Source: an uncultured archaeon (GTDB lineage Archaea > Asgardarchaeota > Lokiarchaeia > Sigyniarchaeales > SOKP01). Taken from it: a stretch of 64,000 nt of DNA. The DNA lies in NCBI GenBank assembly GCA_964632315.1, contig CAZWEM010000002.1, positions 64,001 to 128,000 on the forward strand, given 5' to 3'. Every line of letters starts with the position of its first letter. Within the stretch, counting starts at the first letter, position 1. The position numbers and the translations under genes were made by a program. The notes beneath the pieces were generated by a model. The model had not been told where the DNA came from, made no database searches, and worked only from the letters and a program-made list of their open reading frames with translations. Positions 19,244-29,592 of the stretch are shown here, in pieces.

Positions 19244-20382
19244 TTGTATACTCTCTTCTTTAATAACATCTCTTTAAAGGTGGATTTTAAGCGGTTAAAA
19301 GGTTTTAAAGTGCCAGAAAAAGGGGAATCAACCACATGTTGGATATACTTATCAAATTCTTCTTCTAATAGACTTAATTTCTTCAAATTTCCTTCTGAGA
19401 GTATGTATAAAAAATATTCATTTGGATACTTTTTAAAAGTTAAAAATCTATAATTTTGAAATCCTAACTTCACCGCAATCCATCTTGGATAAGCACCTGT
19501 ATTCCCTAATGTATTGGCTGCAATTGCCTCGATCCTAGCAGTAAGAGCAGATTCCTTCATCTCTTTTTCCTCCTCGGGATCATCATATTCTCCGGGGGCT
19601 TCAAGTTCTAATTCGTCTCCAACTAATAGCGAGATTACACCAATTGACATGGATGATAAACCTAAATAATCTACTCTAATCTGATCTTCTACATAGGAAA
19701 AATCTTGATCAGAGACAACTTGATTATCTATCAAGTCCTTAAATTCTTTATTTATGTAATTAAGTCTTGCTTCAAACTTTCTATCGATCTCATGTTTTTC
19801 TAACTTATCTAAATTATTCACATCCTTTCCAACAATTAGTTCTTCATAAAATTTAGCCATTTGCTCCAAAAACCACTTTGCTTGCATATCTGGAAATGTA
19901 CCAAAAATTATATAAATAATATCATTTCTTACATAAAACTGGCATTTTTTTTCTCCTTCTTTTTCCGATATCAAGAGCATCTTGTCCAAGACTCCCCCTA
20001 GTATGCTTGTTGCTATGAAATCGAGATTATTTGTCAGTTCAAGTAAGTATTTCAAACCATTATTATTACAATATAATTGGGTGCGATCTTTTGATGTTAT
20101 CCCGACTAATTCAATTTTTTCATTGAGATTTACTCCTATATCCTTCTTTACTTGAATCTTATCCCCAAATTTATCCGAGACTGTGCTCTTTTTTTTTTCG
20201 AATTTCTTTGGAATTTTTCTACCATTAGAATCGGCATCTTCAGTTGAATAATTGAACTTAATTTCAGGAATGAATGTTCCACACTTTGGACAAAGCTGAT
20301 CTTTCGGGTACGGCCTAACGAGGATATAACCACAGTTTTTGCATTTAATATTTTCTTTTGGAACGGAAAAAAAATTCGGAAT
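19240..20382 (-). CDS. Zinc-ribbon + tandem longin-like domain protein; non-canonical (probably ATT) start
   Basis: Frame of the 271-aa ORF stays open for 122 codons upstream (stop at 20422-20424) and encodes CKNCG...CPKCG with no ATG/GTG/TTG; longin assignment from secondary-structure pattern only. Confidence 0.7.
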   Translation of the reverse strand: MPNFFSVPKENIKCKNCGYILVRPYPKDQLCPKCGTFIPEIKFNYSTEDADSNGRKIPKKFEKKKSTVSDKFGDKIQVKKDIGVNLNEKIELVGITSKDRTQLYCNNNGLKYLLELTNNLDFIATSILGGVLDKMLLISEKEGEKKCQFYVRNDIIYIIFGTFPDMQAKWFLEQMAKFYEELIVGKDVNNLDKLEKHEIDRKFEARLNYINKEFKDLIDNQVVSDQDFSYVEDQIRVDYLGLSSMSIGVISLLVGDELELEAPGEYDDPEEEKEMKESALTARIEAIAANTLGNTGAYPRWIAVKLGFQNYRFLTFKKYPNEYFLYILSEGNLKKLSLLEEEFDKYIQHVVDSPFSGTLKPFNRLKSTFKEMLLKKRVYK

Positions 20383-20446
20383 GATACTTAACCCCAGTAA
20401 TAATTGATATAAAAAAATATTCTATCTTGAATATATAAGAAATATG

Positions 20447-21538
20447 CTATAAATATTTCTTTGCAATTTCGTGAAAAGTAGATAAAAACTTATTATTTTC
20501 TTCCTCAGTGCTGATCGTGACGCGTAGGAAATTGTATAAATTGGGTTTACTAAAATGTCTCACCATAATCTTCAATTCTCGGAGATCCCATAAAAATTTT
20601 AAAGTAATTGATTGATCGTCAAATTTTATAAAAATGAAATTAGCATCTGATGGCATTACTCTGATTCCCTTGAATTTATTTAAATCCTCAGAAAGTCTAA
20701 TTCTTTCATTAATTATTTTTTGATTTTGTTCAAAGACCTTCTTTCGGTGCTTTATACAAGAGAGTGCTGCTTGCTGAGCTAAAGAACTAGTATTGTATGG
20801 TAATTTAACTTGGTTCATTTCCTTGGTGATTTTAGCATTTGATAACGCATAAGCTAAACTTAAACCAGCTAAAGAAAATGTCTTAGAAAGAGATCTGCAC
20901 ACAATTAAATTATCTATTTTCCGTAATAATGGTAAACATGTAGTTTCTGAGAAATCTCCATAGGTTTCATCAACAACAACAATTCCAGAGAATGCGTTGC
21001 ATAACCTTTCAATCACATCTGTTTGAAAGGATTTACCATTAGGATCATTAGGTGAATTAACAAACATTATCTTTCCTTGAACATTAAATGCACTGTCTGG
21101 AATAGAGAAATCTTCATTAAGTTTTATTTCTTTAACTTTTGCTCCATAAAGATTCGCTAATACTTTATACATTCCGTAACTTGGATAAAAAACGATTACT
21201 TCATCACCAGGGTCAATAAAAACTTTGGATATAATATCAAGAATCTCGTCTGCACTATTTCCAATAACTACAGTATTACGATCAGTTAGTGTTTCTTTGT
21301 CTCTTAATAATTGATTGAGGATAGCCTTTCTCACCTCAAGAGCAAGTGGATCTGGATATTTGTTAAGATTAGGAAAATCGTTTAAGGAATTTTTTAAATC
21401 CTCTATTATTTCAGTTAAAGGGGGATACGCATTTTCGTTCGTATCTAATCTTATCCAACTTTCATCATCTTGCTTTTCTATTGGTTCAAAAGCAGTATAT
21501 TTTTTAATCGAATCTCTGATAAGGTTTTCAAAATCCAT
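20447..21538 (-). CDS. hisC: Histidinol-phosphate aminotransferase
   Basis: LDTNEN, YPDP, GNSADE, NSPNDPNG, VDETY, RSLSKTFSLAG, SDANF, LRVTI. Confidence 0.85.
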   Translation of the reverse strand: MDFENLIRDSIKKYTAFEPIEKQDDESWIRLDTNENAYPPLTEIIEDLKNSLNDFPNLNKYPDPLALEVRKAILNQLLRDKETLTDRNTVVIGNSADEILDIISKVFIDPGDEVIVFYPSYGMYKVLANLYGAKVKEIKLNEDFSIPDSAFNVQGKIMFVNSPNDPNGKSFQTDVIERLCNAFSGIVVVDETYGDFSETTCLPLLRKIDNLIVCRSLSKTFSLAGLSLAYALSNAKITKEMNQVKLPYNTSSLAQQAALSCIKHRKKVFEQNQKIINERIRLSEDLNKFKGIRVMPSDANFIFIKFDDQSITLKFLWDLRELKIMVRHFSKPNLYNFLRVTISTEEENNKFLSTFHEIAKKYL

Positions 21539-21766
21539 ATAGTATTACCTATAAGATATTAATACTTAATTCTAAAACACTAAATATTTACTATTATATG
21601 TCTCAAATCTTCATAAATTTTTTCTTTATTTTCTTTGAATAGAAAGTAAATCTTTTATTTTCCCTTTTGAAAACTCAATTTTTAAATTTGTCAAAACTAT
21701 TTGAATAATATACTGTATTACACAATTTTTTGAAGAGTTGAGAAAGTTATTCCTTCGTACGCGCTA

Positions 21767-22645
21767 ATGTTTAACGTTTTAGAAGGTGGGGTTAGTGAAC
21801 CGATAAGTTGGGGTGAAGAAAATCTCACTAATGAGAGATCTATAATAATATTAGATGAATCAAATCAAGTGGTCTGGTTATGGCATGGAAGCATGCAAGG
21901 TTTAGTAGCGAGAAGAACTGCATTAAGGCAAGCCGAATCCCTCAAGGGACATGGCTACACTGTTGGTAAAAGCATAATTGGAAGAGATATCAAAAGTATT
22001 CGGGAAATTGATCAGAGGAAAATAGGCAGAGATCCGACAACAGATGAGCAATATGCTGAATTAGAAAAATTATTAAATAGCGATTGTAAAAAATTAGAAA
22101 ATTTTGTAGTTACATTCGACCTCATGGAAAAAGAGCCCACACCTGTAAAAGTGATTAGAGAAGAGCCCATTGTGAGTGAACCCATTAAAAAAGAAGAACC
22201 CATCAAGAAAGTAAAACCCATAAAGGTTGTAGAAACTGAACCAATAAAAGAACCCAGTTCTACTACTTCTAAGCCGGACATTAGGTCCGCTTCTGAATAT
22301 GATTTAAAACCAGTTATAGATCAAGATATTGAATCACCAGATGTTAAACTTCCAGCTATTGAACCCAAACCAGTCCCAAGTGCTCCAAAGTTAAACTTAG
22401 AATTAGAAGCTAAAATTGGTTTTGTTTTAGTTGGAATTATGGAGCATTATGACGATATATGGGTTTCTAAAAAGGGAGATGGTAGCTATTCTGTGGAAAT
22501 GATGGATGGACCAATATGTTCATTTAAAGTAACTGAAGGTTCAAAAATTTCATTTAGTTCAGATTCTTTTAAGGGTATTTCTACAAATGTGAAAACAGAA
22601 ATTCAAAAGAAATTTGTTGAACTTGGAAAGTTGATTGGAAAATGA
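21767..22645 (+). CDS. Gelsolin-like domain protein with Pro/Glu/Lys-rich linker and C-terminal globular domain
   Basis: IIILD...VWLWHG...RRTALRQAESL gelsolin-like pattern; EPIKK low-complexity linker; possible ATT start at 21749. Confidence 0.65.
   Translation: MFNVLEGGVSEPISWGEENLTNERSIIILDESNQVVWLWHGSMQGLVARRTALRQAESLKGHGYTVGKSIIGRDIKSIREIDQRKIGRDPTTDEQYAELEKLLNSDCKKLENFVVTFDLMEKEPTPVKVIREEPIVSEPIKKEEPIKKVKPIKVVETEPIKEPSSTTSKPDIRSASEYDLKPVIDQDIESPDVKLPAIEPKPVPSAPKLNLELEAKIGFVLVGIMEHYDDIWVSKKGDGSYSVEMMDGPICSFKVTEGSKISFSSDSFKGISTNVKTEIQKKFVELGKLIGK
22130..22260 (+). repeat. Imperfect in-frame (E/K)PI repeats in linker
   Basis: EPT, EEPI, SEPIKK, EEPIKK, VKPIK, TEPIKEP; DNA unit GAACCCAT-like. 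Confidence 0.6.
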
Positions 22646-22752
22646 AGCATTAATAAGATAAGTGGAAAATACAATACAAAATTATTATAACTCTTTTTTT
22701 CTTATTCTTTTTTAATATCACATTAAAACCGAGAGGTTTCTTTGTATCGAAC

Positions 22753-24507
22753 ATGAAATTTAAAAAATTAGCAAGTCTATTTTTTAAACTCGAGAGTACG
22801 AGTAAAAGATTAGAAATGATTGATCACTTATCTAATTTCTTTCAAGAAATTAAGGATAGTAAGAATTATGAGGATGTGGATAAAATTGTTTATCTCCTTC
22901 AAGGTCAATTAGTTTCAAACATTAAACAAGCACCTAAAATTGGAATTGCTGAAAAAATGATCATTGAAGCATTGTCCGTTCATTCGGGTATCGAAGGAAC
23001 GAAGATTAAAGACATTTTACTAAAAAAAGGAGATATAGGAGTTACAGCAGAGATAATTCTATCAAAGAAAAAGAAGCAGAAATCACTTTTTGATTTTGAT
23101 AAAAATGTAGGCGATAAGGAAACATTAAATATTTCAGAAATATATCAAGCTTTAAAAAAGATAGCAGAAACTGAAGGAGTCGGCTCTCATGATTCTAAAT
23201 TAGGAATTTTGAGGAGTTTGATGACTCGTTGCTCACCACTGGAAACCAAATATTTACTAAGGATAATCACTTCAACACTTAGAGTAGGTGTTTCAACACT
23301 TACTATAATTGATGGATTGACTTTAGGTTTTACTGGAGATAAGAAAAATAGACCGATAATCGAATACGCATATAATATACATCCAGATTTAGGTGAGATT
23401 GCTCAAATGTTAGCAGAGAAAGGGATTGAATCCATAAAAGATGTTTCAATAGAATATGGAACACCTATTCGAAGCATGTTGGCCTCAAGAGTACCTTATA
23501 GTGAGATCTTAGAAAAGGTAGGAGTACCTTGTACAGCGGAGTATAAACTTGATGGAGAGAGACTCCAGATCCATAAGCAAGGCTCGAAAGTTCAGTTGTT
23601 TTCGAGATTGATGTTGGATATCTCTGAACAATATCCTGATGTTTGCGAAGCAATCAGAAAATGTATTAGAACAGAAAACGCAATCCTTGAAGGTGAGGTA
23701 GTCGCAATGGATGCGTTTTATGAAAAAATGCGTCCTTTTCAAGTATTAAGCAAAAGAAGAAGAAAATATGATGTAAAGGATATCTCAAAAGAAATTCCCG
23801 TATGCCTTTTCCTGTTTGATCTTTTAGTTTTAGAGCAAGATTCACTGATAGATAAACCTTTCCCGATTCGTAGAGAGGCTCTTGAGAAAATTGTCGATGA
23901 GCAAGATGAGATTAGATTAGTAAAATCCGTAATCATCCATAATACAGAAGAATTGATTGATTTCTTCAATGTTGCTAGGGAAAATGGTAATGAAGGAATA
24001 ATGGCAAAATCCATAAAAGAAAATTCGACTTATCAAGCAGGTAATAGAGGATTCCACTGGATTAAGTTGAAGGGTTTAGAAGGGGGTAAATTAAAAGATT
24101 CTATAGATGTAACATTAATTGGAGCATTTTATGGCAGAGGAAGAAGAAAAGGGGTTTATGGAACTTATATTGGTGCGGTATATGATCCTTTAAATGACAA
24201 ATTCGAAGCATTTACCAGAATTTCTTCGGGTTGGACGGATGAAATAATGGAAACCTTGAAGGATGAAATGAAAAAGCATGAAGTAGATAGAAAGCCATTT
24301 GAGGTTATTTGTGATGACAAACCAGATCAATGGTTAAATCCTGAATTCGTTATAGAGATCTTCGGAGATGAAATTACAAGAAGTGAAAAATTTTCTTCTC
24401 TAGGATATTCAATGAGATTTCCAGTATTTCACCGAATTCGAAGAGATAAAGGCCCTAAAGATTCTACTACTGTTGAAGAAATAGAACGCTTGTATGAAAC
24501 ACAATAA
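22753..24507 (+). CDS. lig: ATP-dependent DNA ligase
   Basis: EYKLDGER, ILEGE, LFDLL, EGIMAK, WIKLK, MRFPVF motifs. Confidence 0.97.
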   Translation: MKFKKLASLFFKLESTSKRLEMIDHLSNFFQEIKDSKNYEDVDKIVYLLQGQLVSNIKQAPKIGIAEKMIIEALSVHSGIEGTKIKDILLKKGDIGVTAEIILSKKKKQKSLFDFDKNVGDKETLNISEIYQALKKIAETEGVGSHDSKLGILRSLMTRCSPLETKYLLRIITSTLRVGVSTLTIIDGLTLGFTGDKKNRPIIEYAYNIHPDLGEIAQMLAEKGIESIKDVSIEYGTPIRSMLASRVPYSEILEKVGVPCTAEYKLDGERLQIHKQGSKVQLFSRLMLDISEQYPDVCEAIRKCIRTENAILEGEVVAMDAFYEKMRPFQVLSKRRRKYDVKDISKEIPVCLFLFDLLVLEQDSLIDKPFPIRREALEKIVDEQDEIRLVKSVIIHNTEELIDFFNVARENGNEGIMAKSIKENSTYQAGNRGFHWIKLKGLEGGKLKDSIDVTLIGAFYGRGRRKGVYGTYIGAVYDPLNDKFEAFTRISSGWTDEIMETLKDEMKKHEVDRKPFEVICDDKPDQWLNPEFVIEIFGDEITRSEKFSSLGYSMRFPVFHRIRRDKGPKDSTTVEEIERLYETQ

Positions 24508-24511
24508 AATT

Positions 24512-25852
24512 TCATTCAATTATTTTAACATTCTTCTCTTTTAAAGTTTGAATATCGCCTATTGGTTCTTTAAAATTATTTTGCCCAACGTAAATCTCTT
24601 CTAAGAATTCGAGTTGAATAAGCTCTTTGGGAAAGCTTGTTAAATTATTCCTTGAAATATTTAAAATTTTTAAACCTTTTGGAAACTTAATATTCTCTGG
24701 AAACTTTTTTAAGTTGTTATCACTTAGATTCAAATATTTTAAAGAATGCATATTACTGAGATCGTCTGGAACTTGTTCTAAATCATTTCTTTCCAAATCT
24801 AAATATTCTAGTGAGGATAATTTTGTAAGAGAAATCGGTAGAGCCTTGAGTAAATTCCAACTTAGATTCAGATTTTCTAATTTAATTAAATTTACTATAG
24901 ATTCTGGGACCTTAGTTAGCTTATTATCATGTAGATTTAGAATTTTGAGATTTCCCAGGTTTCCTAAGCTCTCAGGTAAAAACTCTAAATTATTTAATCT
25001 TAAATTTAAAATTTCCAAATTATTAAGTTCAGAAATACTTTCTGGTAAGTAATTTAGTTCATTTTTCCATAAAGATAACTCTTTTAACCATTGTAAACCA
25101 CCTATTGTGGAAGGGATTTCATTAATATTGTTCACATTTAAATTTAAGACATCTAAAGAGTTTAACGAATCTATCCAACGGGGTATTTTAGTCAATTGGT
25201 TGTATTTTAAGATGAGCCTTTTAAGTCCCTGAAGATATTTCAAGGATTCAGGAAACACGGTTAATTCTTTAAAAGTGAAATCCAAAGAAACAATGTGACA
25301 CTCTTGAATTTTATATTTTAAGCGCCAGAATACTTTCTTTAAATAAATTAAAATTAAATAATTGATCATTATATCTTTGATTTTTGTGATGTTTTTCATC
25401 GATTGTTCTTCAATACAAACTTTAAAGTCAATATCTTGGACATTATTCTCCAAAAACCTTAGGTTAAGATGTACCGATTTAATAATATAATTTACGAGAG
25501 CCTCGATAATAATGGCTAAAGTAGCAGGAGAAATTTCATGATATAATGCCCATAACATCGGGTTGAATGTCCTTTCTTCGAAGTTACCACTCAGAAAACT
25601 AGCTGCTGCGCTTCTTATTGCTTCACTTGAATCAGAAATTAAAAGATTTTCAAATACTTGGAAAATAATATCCGATTTTGCACCAAAATTGATACCTTCT
25701 TTTCTGATTCTATTAATTATATCGATAGCTGAAATTCTTAAACTCACGGAAGTTCCACTTTCTATTAAAGTTGTTAGTTGATCTAACAAAGAATCTTTAT
25801 CTAAAGATTTATCGAGAAATTTATCTAAAAGATCTGCCGGTACTTTTTCCAT
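24512..25852 (-). CDS. HEAT-like + LRR protein
   Basis: FENLLISDSSEAIRSAAA, then about 10 LRRs of 23 aa (LxxLxLxxNxLxxLP). Confidence 0.92.
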   Translation of the reverse strand: MEKVPADLLDKFLDKSLDKDSLLDQLTTLIESGTSVSLRISAIDIINRIRKEGINFGAKSDIIFQVFENLLISDSSEAIRSAAASFLSGNFEERTFNPMLWALYHEISPATLAIIIEALVNYIIKSVHLNLRFLENNVQDIDFKVCIEEQSMKNITKIKDIMINYLILIYLKKVFWRLKYKIQECHIVSLDFTFKELTVFPESLKYLQGLKRLILKYNQLTKIPRWIDSLNSLDVLNLNVNNINEIPSTIGGLQWLKELSLWKNELNYLPESISELNNLEILNLRLNNLEFLPESLGNLGNLKILNLHDNKLTKVPESIVNLIKLENLNLSWNLLKALPISLTKLSSLEYLDLERNDLEQVPDDLSNMHSLKYLNLSDNNLKKFPENIKFPKGLKILNISRNNLTSFPKELIQLEFLEEIYVGQNNFKEPIGDIQTLKEKNVKIIE

Positions 25853-25908
25853 ACTATTTTCAATTGGAGTTAATTGACAAATAGCTAAAATTACCAATAT
25901 ATTTGAAT

Positions 25909-27384
25909 TTACTTGTATATCATTAATCCTTTTCTCTCCAAATTTTTAAGAAATTCGGGAGTTTCAGTGATTAAATTAAAATTTAAATCTAAAATTCGCA
26001 AGTTTGAAAGATTTTGGAGAGAGAATGGTAGATCCTCTATTTTATTTCCCCATAAAGATAACTGTTCAAGAGATTTTAACTCACCAATCCAAATGGGTAA
26101 TGAACTAAATTCATTCCAATTTAAATTTAATATTTTCAAATTTTTTAGCTTCTTGAATCCATCTGGTAATGAGCTAATTTTATTATTCCATAAAGCTAAT
26201 TCTCTTATATTACTAAGTTCTCCTATATTAGTTGGTAGTTCTATAATCTCATTGTCATAAAGTTTCAAAGTTTCTAATTGTTTTAGACAATTTATCCATT
26301 TAGGTAGATGTTTAATTTTATTTCCACCTAACCCTAAGATTTTCAAGCTTTTCAGATATTTAATCCCTTTTGGAAGTTTTTCAAAGTTATTTAGTCCTAA
26401 TTCCAACATTTTAAGAGATTTTAATCCTTTCAGTTTTGGAAAATCTTCAAGTAAATTTCCATGAAGATCTAAAACCTCCAAATTGGAAAAGTTTTTCATG
26501 GATTTCGGCAATGAACCTAATAAGTTTGACCTGCAATCTAGTTTCTGCAAATCTTTTAACTTGCCGATTGAAAAAGGTAGATTCCTTACCTTATTGTATT
26601 TTAAGCTTAAAAATTTTAATGATTTCAAATGTTCTATTGAGTCAGGTAAACTCTTTATTTTATTATAACTCAGATCTAACTCAATTAGGTTATTTAGTTT
26701 TCCTAATGAATTAGAGAGTCTTTTTAATCGATTAAACCTTAAATTAAGCTTTTTTAAATTGTTTAATTCTACCAAATATTCTGGAAATTTATTTAGGACG
26801 TTCCATCCAAATACATGACTGCTAACATCAGAAAGATCTAACTCTGTCACAAATAGAGCGTCTACTACATAAGTAAATTGGCCAAATTTATTCTCAAGTT
26901 CCTCAATGATATAAGAATTTTTTAGAATATTTCCCAAATCGAGTGTACTATACTTATGAATTGAATCTTGAGATACTTTAAAACATTGATTATTCGATGT
27001 TAATATAGCATTGATGAGTAGCTCTTTTGAATACTCTGTGTTCATTTTAGCTAACGCATTACAAGCAATTAATAAAATGGGAAGATAATCTTCATTTTCT
27101 AATACCCACTTCATTGGTTTAAAAATCCTTTCTAAAAAGTTATTTTTTAGAACTTCAGCTGCAAAAGTTCTAATATTATTGTGCGAATCTGAAATTAACA
27201 AATTTTCTAACAAGGTAAATACGGATTCATCTTTAACTCCCATTTGTTCAAGAAATTTAATGCTTTCAATTCTTATTTGAACGTCTTCAACGTTTTCTAT
27301 TGTTGATATTAAAAGATCTATCGCTAAATGTTTATTAATTGATTTTTGAAGGTAATTTTTATAAATCCTATCGGGAGCGTCCAT
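25909..27384 (-). CDS. HEAT-like + LRR protein
   Basis: LENLLISDSHNNIRTFAA, then about 12 LRRs. Confidence 0.92.
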   Translation of the reverse strand: MDAPDRIYKNYLQKSINKHLAIDLLISTIENVEDVQIRIESIKFLEQMGVKDESVFTLLENLLISDSHNNIRTFAAEVLKNNFLERIFKPMKWVLENEDYLPILLIACNALAKMNTEYSKELLINAILTSNNQCFKVSQDSIHKYSTLDLGNILKNSYIIEELENKFGQFTYVVDALFVTELDLSDVSSHVFGWNVLNKFPEYLVELNNLKKLNLRFNRLKRLSNSLGKLNNLIELDLSYNKIKSLPDSIEHLKSLKFLSLKYNKVRNLPFSIGKLKDLQKLDCRSNLLGSLPKSMKNFSNLEVLDLHGNLLEDFPKLKGLKSLKMLELGLNNFEKLPKGIKYLKSLKILGLGGNKIKHLPKWINCLKQLETLKLYDNEIIELPTNIGELSNIRELALWNNKISSLPDGFKKLKNLKILNLNWNEFSSLPIWIGELKSLEQLSLWGNKIEDLPFSLQNLSNLRILDLNFNLITETPEFLKNLERKGLMIYK

Positions 27385-27434
27385 TTTTACAGAAAATGAC
27401 AAGTGTTAAGTTAATAATTATCATTCTTGATTCC

Positions 27435-29342
27435 TTAAAAAAGATATTTCATCAAATCTAGCTCTTGTAGTTTAGATTTTAAAGGTATTCCAGTAGCTGT
27501 ATCCCAACCACGTTCATCATAGTAATCATCCAATAATTGATTTGCGATTTTTGGAGTAATCTGCACATTTCCATAAAAGTCATATAATTCCAAGTTATTT
27601 TCTCCGTACTTTAAAGGCTTAAACCAATTATTTGGGAATCTATCATCTTTTCGAGAGAATCCTTCATTCACGTTAAGGATTTTTAATAAGTTCCACGACC
27701 TTTCGGCAGCTAAAATAAGTTCTTCCCTACTTGACTCAAATCCAGTAATTAGGTTGTAAAATTCAGTCACTAAATCCAAGCTATAAAATCGATTCATTTG
27801 GGCTCTAGCACATAAACCCAATGAAGTTAACACAGTATACCAATCTTCTGAATACCTTGTTAAGCGCCCTACATTTATGAACATCTCTGCTTTAGGAGGT
27901 TTGAATATTCTTTCATGTGCATTTCTTGGAATGCCCATTCTATCAAAATGTGATTTCATTTTTCCTAAACCTCCTCCAGCTCCTACATAAGTTGGAGAAC
28001 CTCCAGAAGCTACGTGTGCACCTTTTGGGTTTACAACTTGCTCGAATTCCATCGTTCCAAGTTTTAAAAAGCGAGGTTCAAAAACTACATCTAATCCTTT
28101 AACCGTGAGTTTTTCTTCTTCAAAATTATCATCTACTTGTTTAACGTTAGCCCAGCCCTTTGCAATTATATCTCCTATTCCCTCCTTATATGTAATAAGT
28201 CCGATAAGCTTTTTAAAAGAAGAAAAATCTTCTTTCCATTCAAATCCAAGATCTTCATTCGAAAGTTCATCTTTTTTTACCATTTTGGAGATAATGTCGA
28301 CTAATGAAGTCATAGTGAGCGAATCTAAGCCGTATCGACTGATTAAGTCATAAATTTTGATTGCTTCTGAATATGATTTCAAACAATCACTAGTTAACAT
28401 CAAAAAAGGATTGATCACTGAGGATGTATAGTTAATTAATCCGTTAAATTCACCTTCTCTTATTTCAAGTATGTCTTTATCTGCCATTGGACATGTAGGA
28501 CAAGCAAATCTTCTTTTCTTTATCATTTTAAGATAGTTCCGATCATTACATTGCCTAGCTTTCCTTTTTTCTCCTTTAGCATTCAAAATCATTCCAACAG
28601 GTAAACTTCTAAGCATCCCTAATTCGATCCATGATTCACGTTGAGGATAATTTCTTATTCTTTCGATAAAAGTTTGATATTTTACCCGAAATTCTTTTGG
28701 ATATGCTATTTCAATTCCATTACTTCCACGTACCACAATAGCTTTTAGGTTTTTGGACCCCATTACTGCCCCTAATCCACCGCGTCCAAAAGTAGACGTT
28801 TTATCGATGAGAGTTAGAGCACCATAAACTTTATTTTCACCTGCTTGTCCAATTGCTATGACTCCACAATCTTTATAGTTTTTCCACATAAAGTCAGTAG
28901 TAAAAATAATGTCTTTTCCCCAGAGATCTTTCGCTTCAACTAATTCAATTTGATTATTGGTTATCATTAAATAGGAAGGTTTCTCTAATCTTCCAGAAAT
29001 AATTAAGTGATCATATCCAGCTTGTTTTAATTGAAATCCAAAACTCATTCCTCCACAGACATTAGCAATTGCTCCTGATGCTGGAAATTTAGTTATACCT
29101 GTTGTTCTTGAAGAGCCAGGCATTATTGTACCAACTAAAGGTCCAGTGCCAATAATGATTGGATTTTCGGGAGAAAAGGGATCTAATTGAGGTTTTAAGC
29201 GTTCTGCTGCTAATAAGCAGTTTATACCCATCCCTCCAATAAATTTTTTTAAATCTTCGAATTTCTCTTTTTGAGTTTTTATCTTGTTGTTTGAAAGATC
29301 TATATCGAGAATGTTCCCAGTATATCCTTTAAAATTCATCAT
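27435..29342 (-). CDS. Aldehyde:ferredoxin oxidoreductase (AOR/WOR) family protein, divergent
   Basis: GYTGNILDIDLS, FIGGMG, IGQAGEN, GRGGLGAVMGSKNLKA, CPTCP, GLC, YYDERGWD..TGIP. Confidence 0.92.
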   Translation of the reverse strand: MMNFKGYTGNILDIDLSNNKIKTQKEKFEDLKKFIGGMGINCLLAAERLKPQLDPFSPENPIIIGTGPLVGTIMPGSSRTTGITKFPASGAIANVCGGMSFGFQLKQAGYDHLIISGRLEKPSYLMITNNQIELVEAKDLWGKDIIFTTDFMWKNYKDCGVIAIGQAGENKVYGALTLIDKTSTFGRGGLGAVMGSKNLKAIVVRGSNGIEIAYPKEFRVKYQTFIERIRNYPQRESWIELGMLRSLPVGMILNAKGEKRKARQCNDRNYLKMIKKRRFACPTCPMADKDILEIREGEFNGLINYTSSVINPFLMLTSDCLKSYSEAIKIYDLISRYGLDSLTMTSLVDIISKMVKKDELSNEDLGFEWKEDFSSFKKLIGLITYKEGIGDIIAKGWANVKQVDDNFEEEKLTVKGLDVVFEPRFLKLGTMEFEQVVNPKGAHVASGGSPTYVGAGGGLGKMKSHFDRMGIPRNAHERIFKPPKAEMFINVGRLTRYSEDWYTVLTSLGLCARAQMNRFYSLDLVTEFYNLITGFESSREELILAAERSWNLLKILNVNEGFSRKDDRFPNNWFKPLKYGENNLELYDFYGNVQITPKIANQLLDDYYDERGWDTATGIPLKSKLQELDLMKYLF

Positions 29343-29574
29343 TTCCCCCCTCAATCAATTCTAATGCTCCATAAAGACAATTATTTGCGCATTCACCACA
29401 GTATACACAATCATCGGAAAATTCAATAATTGGAACTAAACCATATACTTCAGAAATTTTAATTCGCGCTTTGCTTGGATTGAAAGTCTTGGTATATAAA
29501 AATGAACAAGTTAGTTGGCAAATTCGACATCCAACACAATTTTCAGCGGTAATATTAATCTTTTTATTACTCAT
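29329..29574 (-). CDS. 2x[4Fe-4S] ferredoxin (AOR partner subunit)
   Basis: CVGCRICQLTC and CVYCGECANNC; overlaps the AOR start. Confidence 0.9.
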   Translation of the reverse strand: MSNKKINITAENCVGCRICQLTCSFLYTKTFNPSKARIKISEVYGLVPIIEFSDDCVYCGECANNCLYGALELIEGGNDEF

Positions 29575-29592
29575 TTCTTCAATCATATCTGA

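Noticed and set aside
20148-20333. 61-aa minus-strand ORF
   Set aside because: It lies in another frame inside the zinc-ribbon extension, which has far more convincing motifs
5026-22645. Sec readthrough at other TGA stops (thiI, moaD, GTPase, gelsolin-like)
   Set aside because: Those proteins are complete at the TGA, and I noticed no SECIS-like stem or conserved continuation downstream
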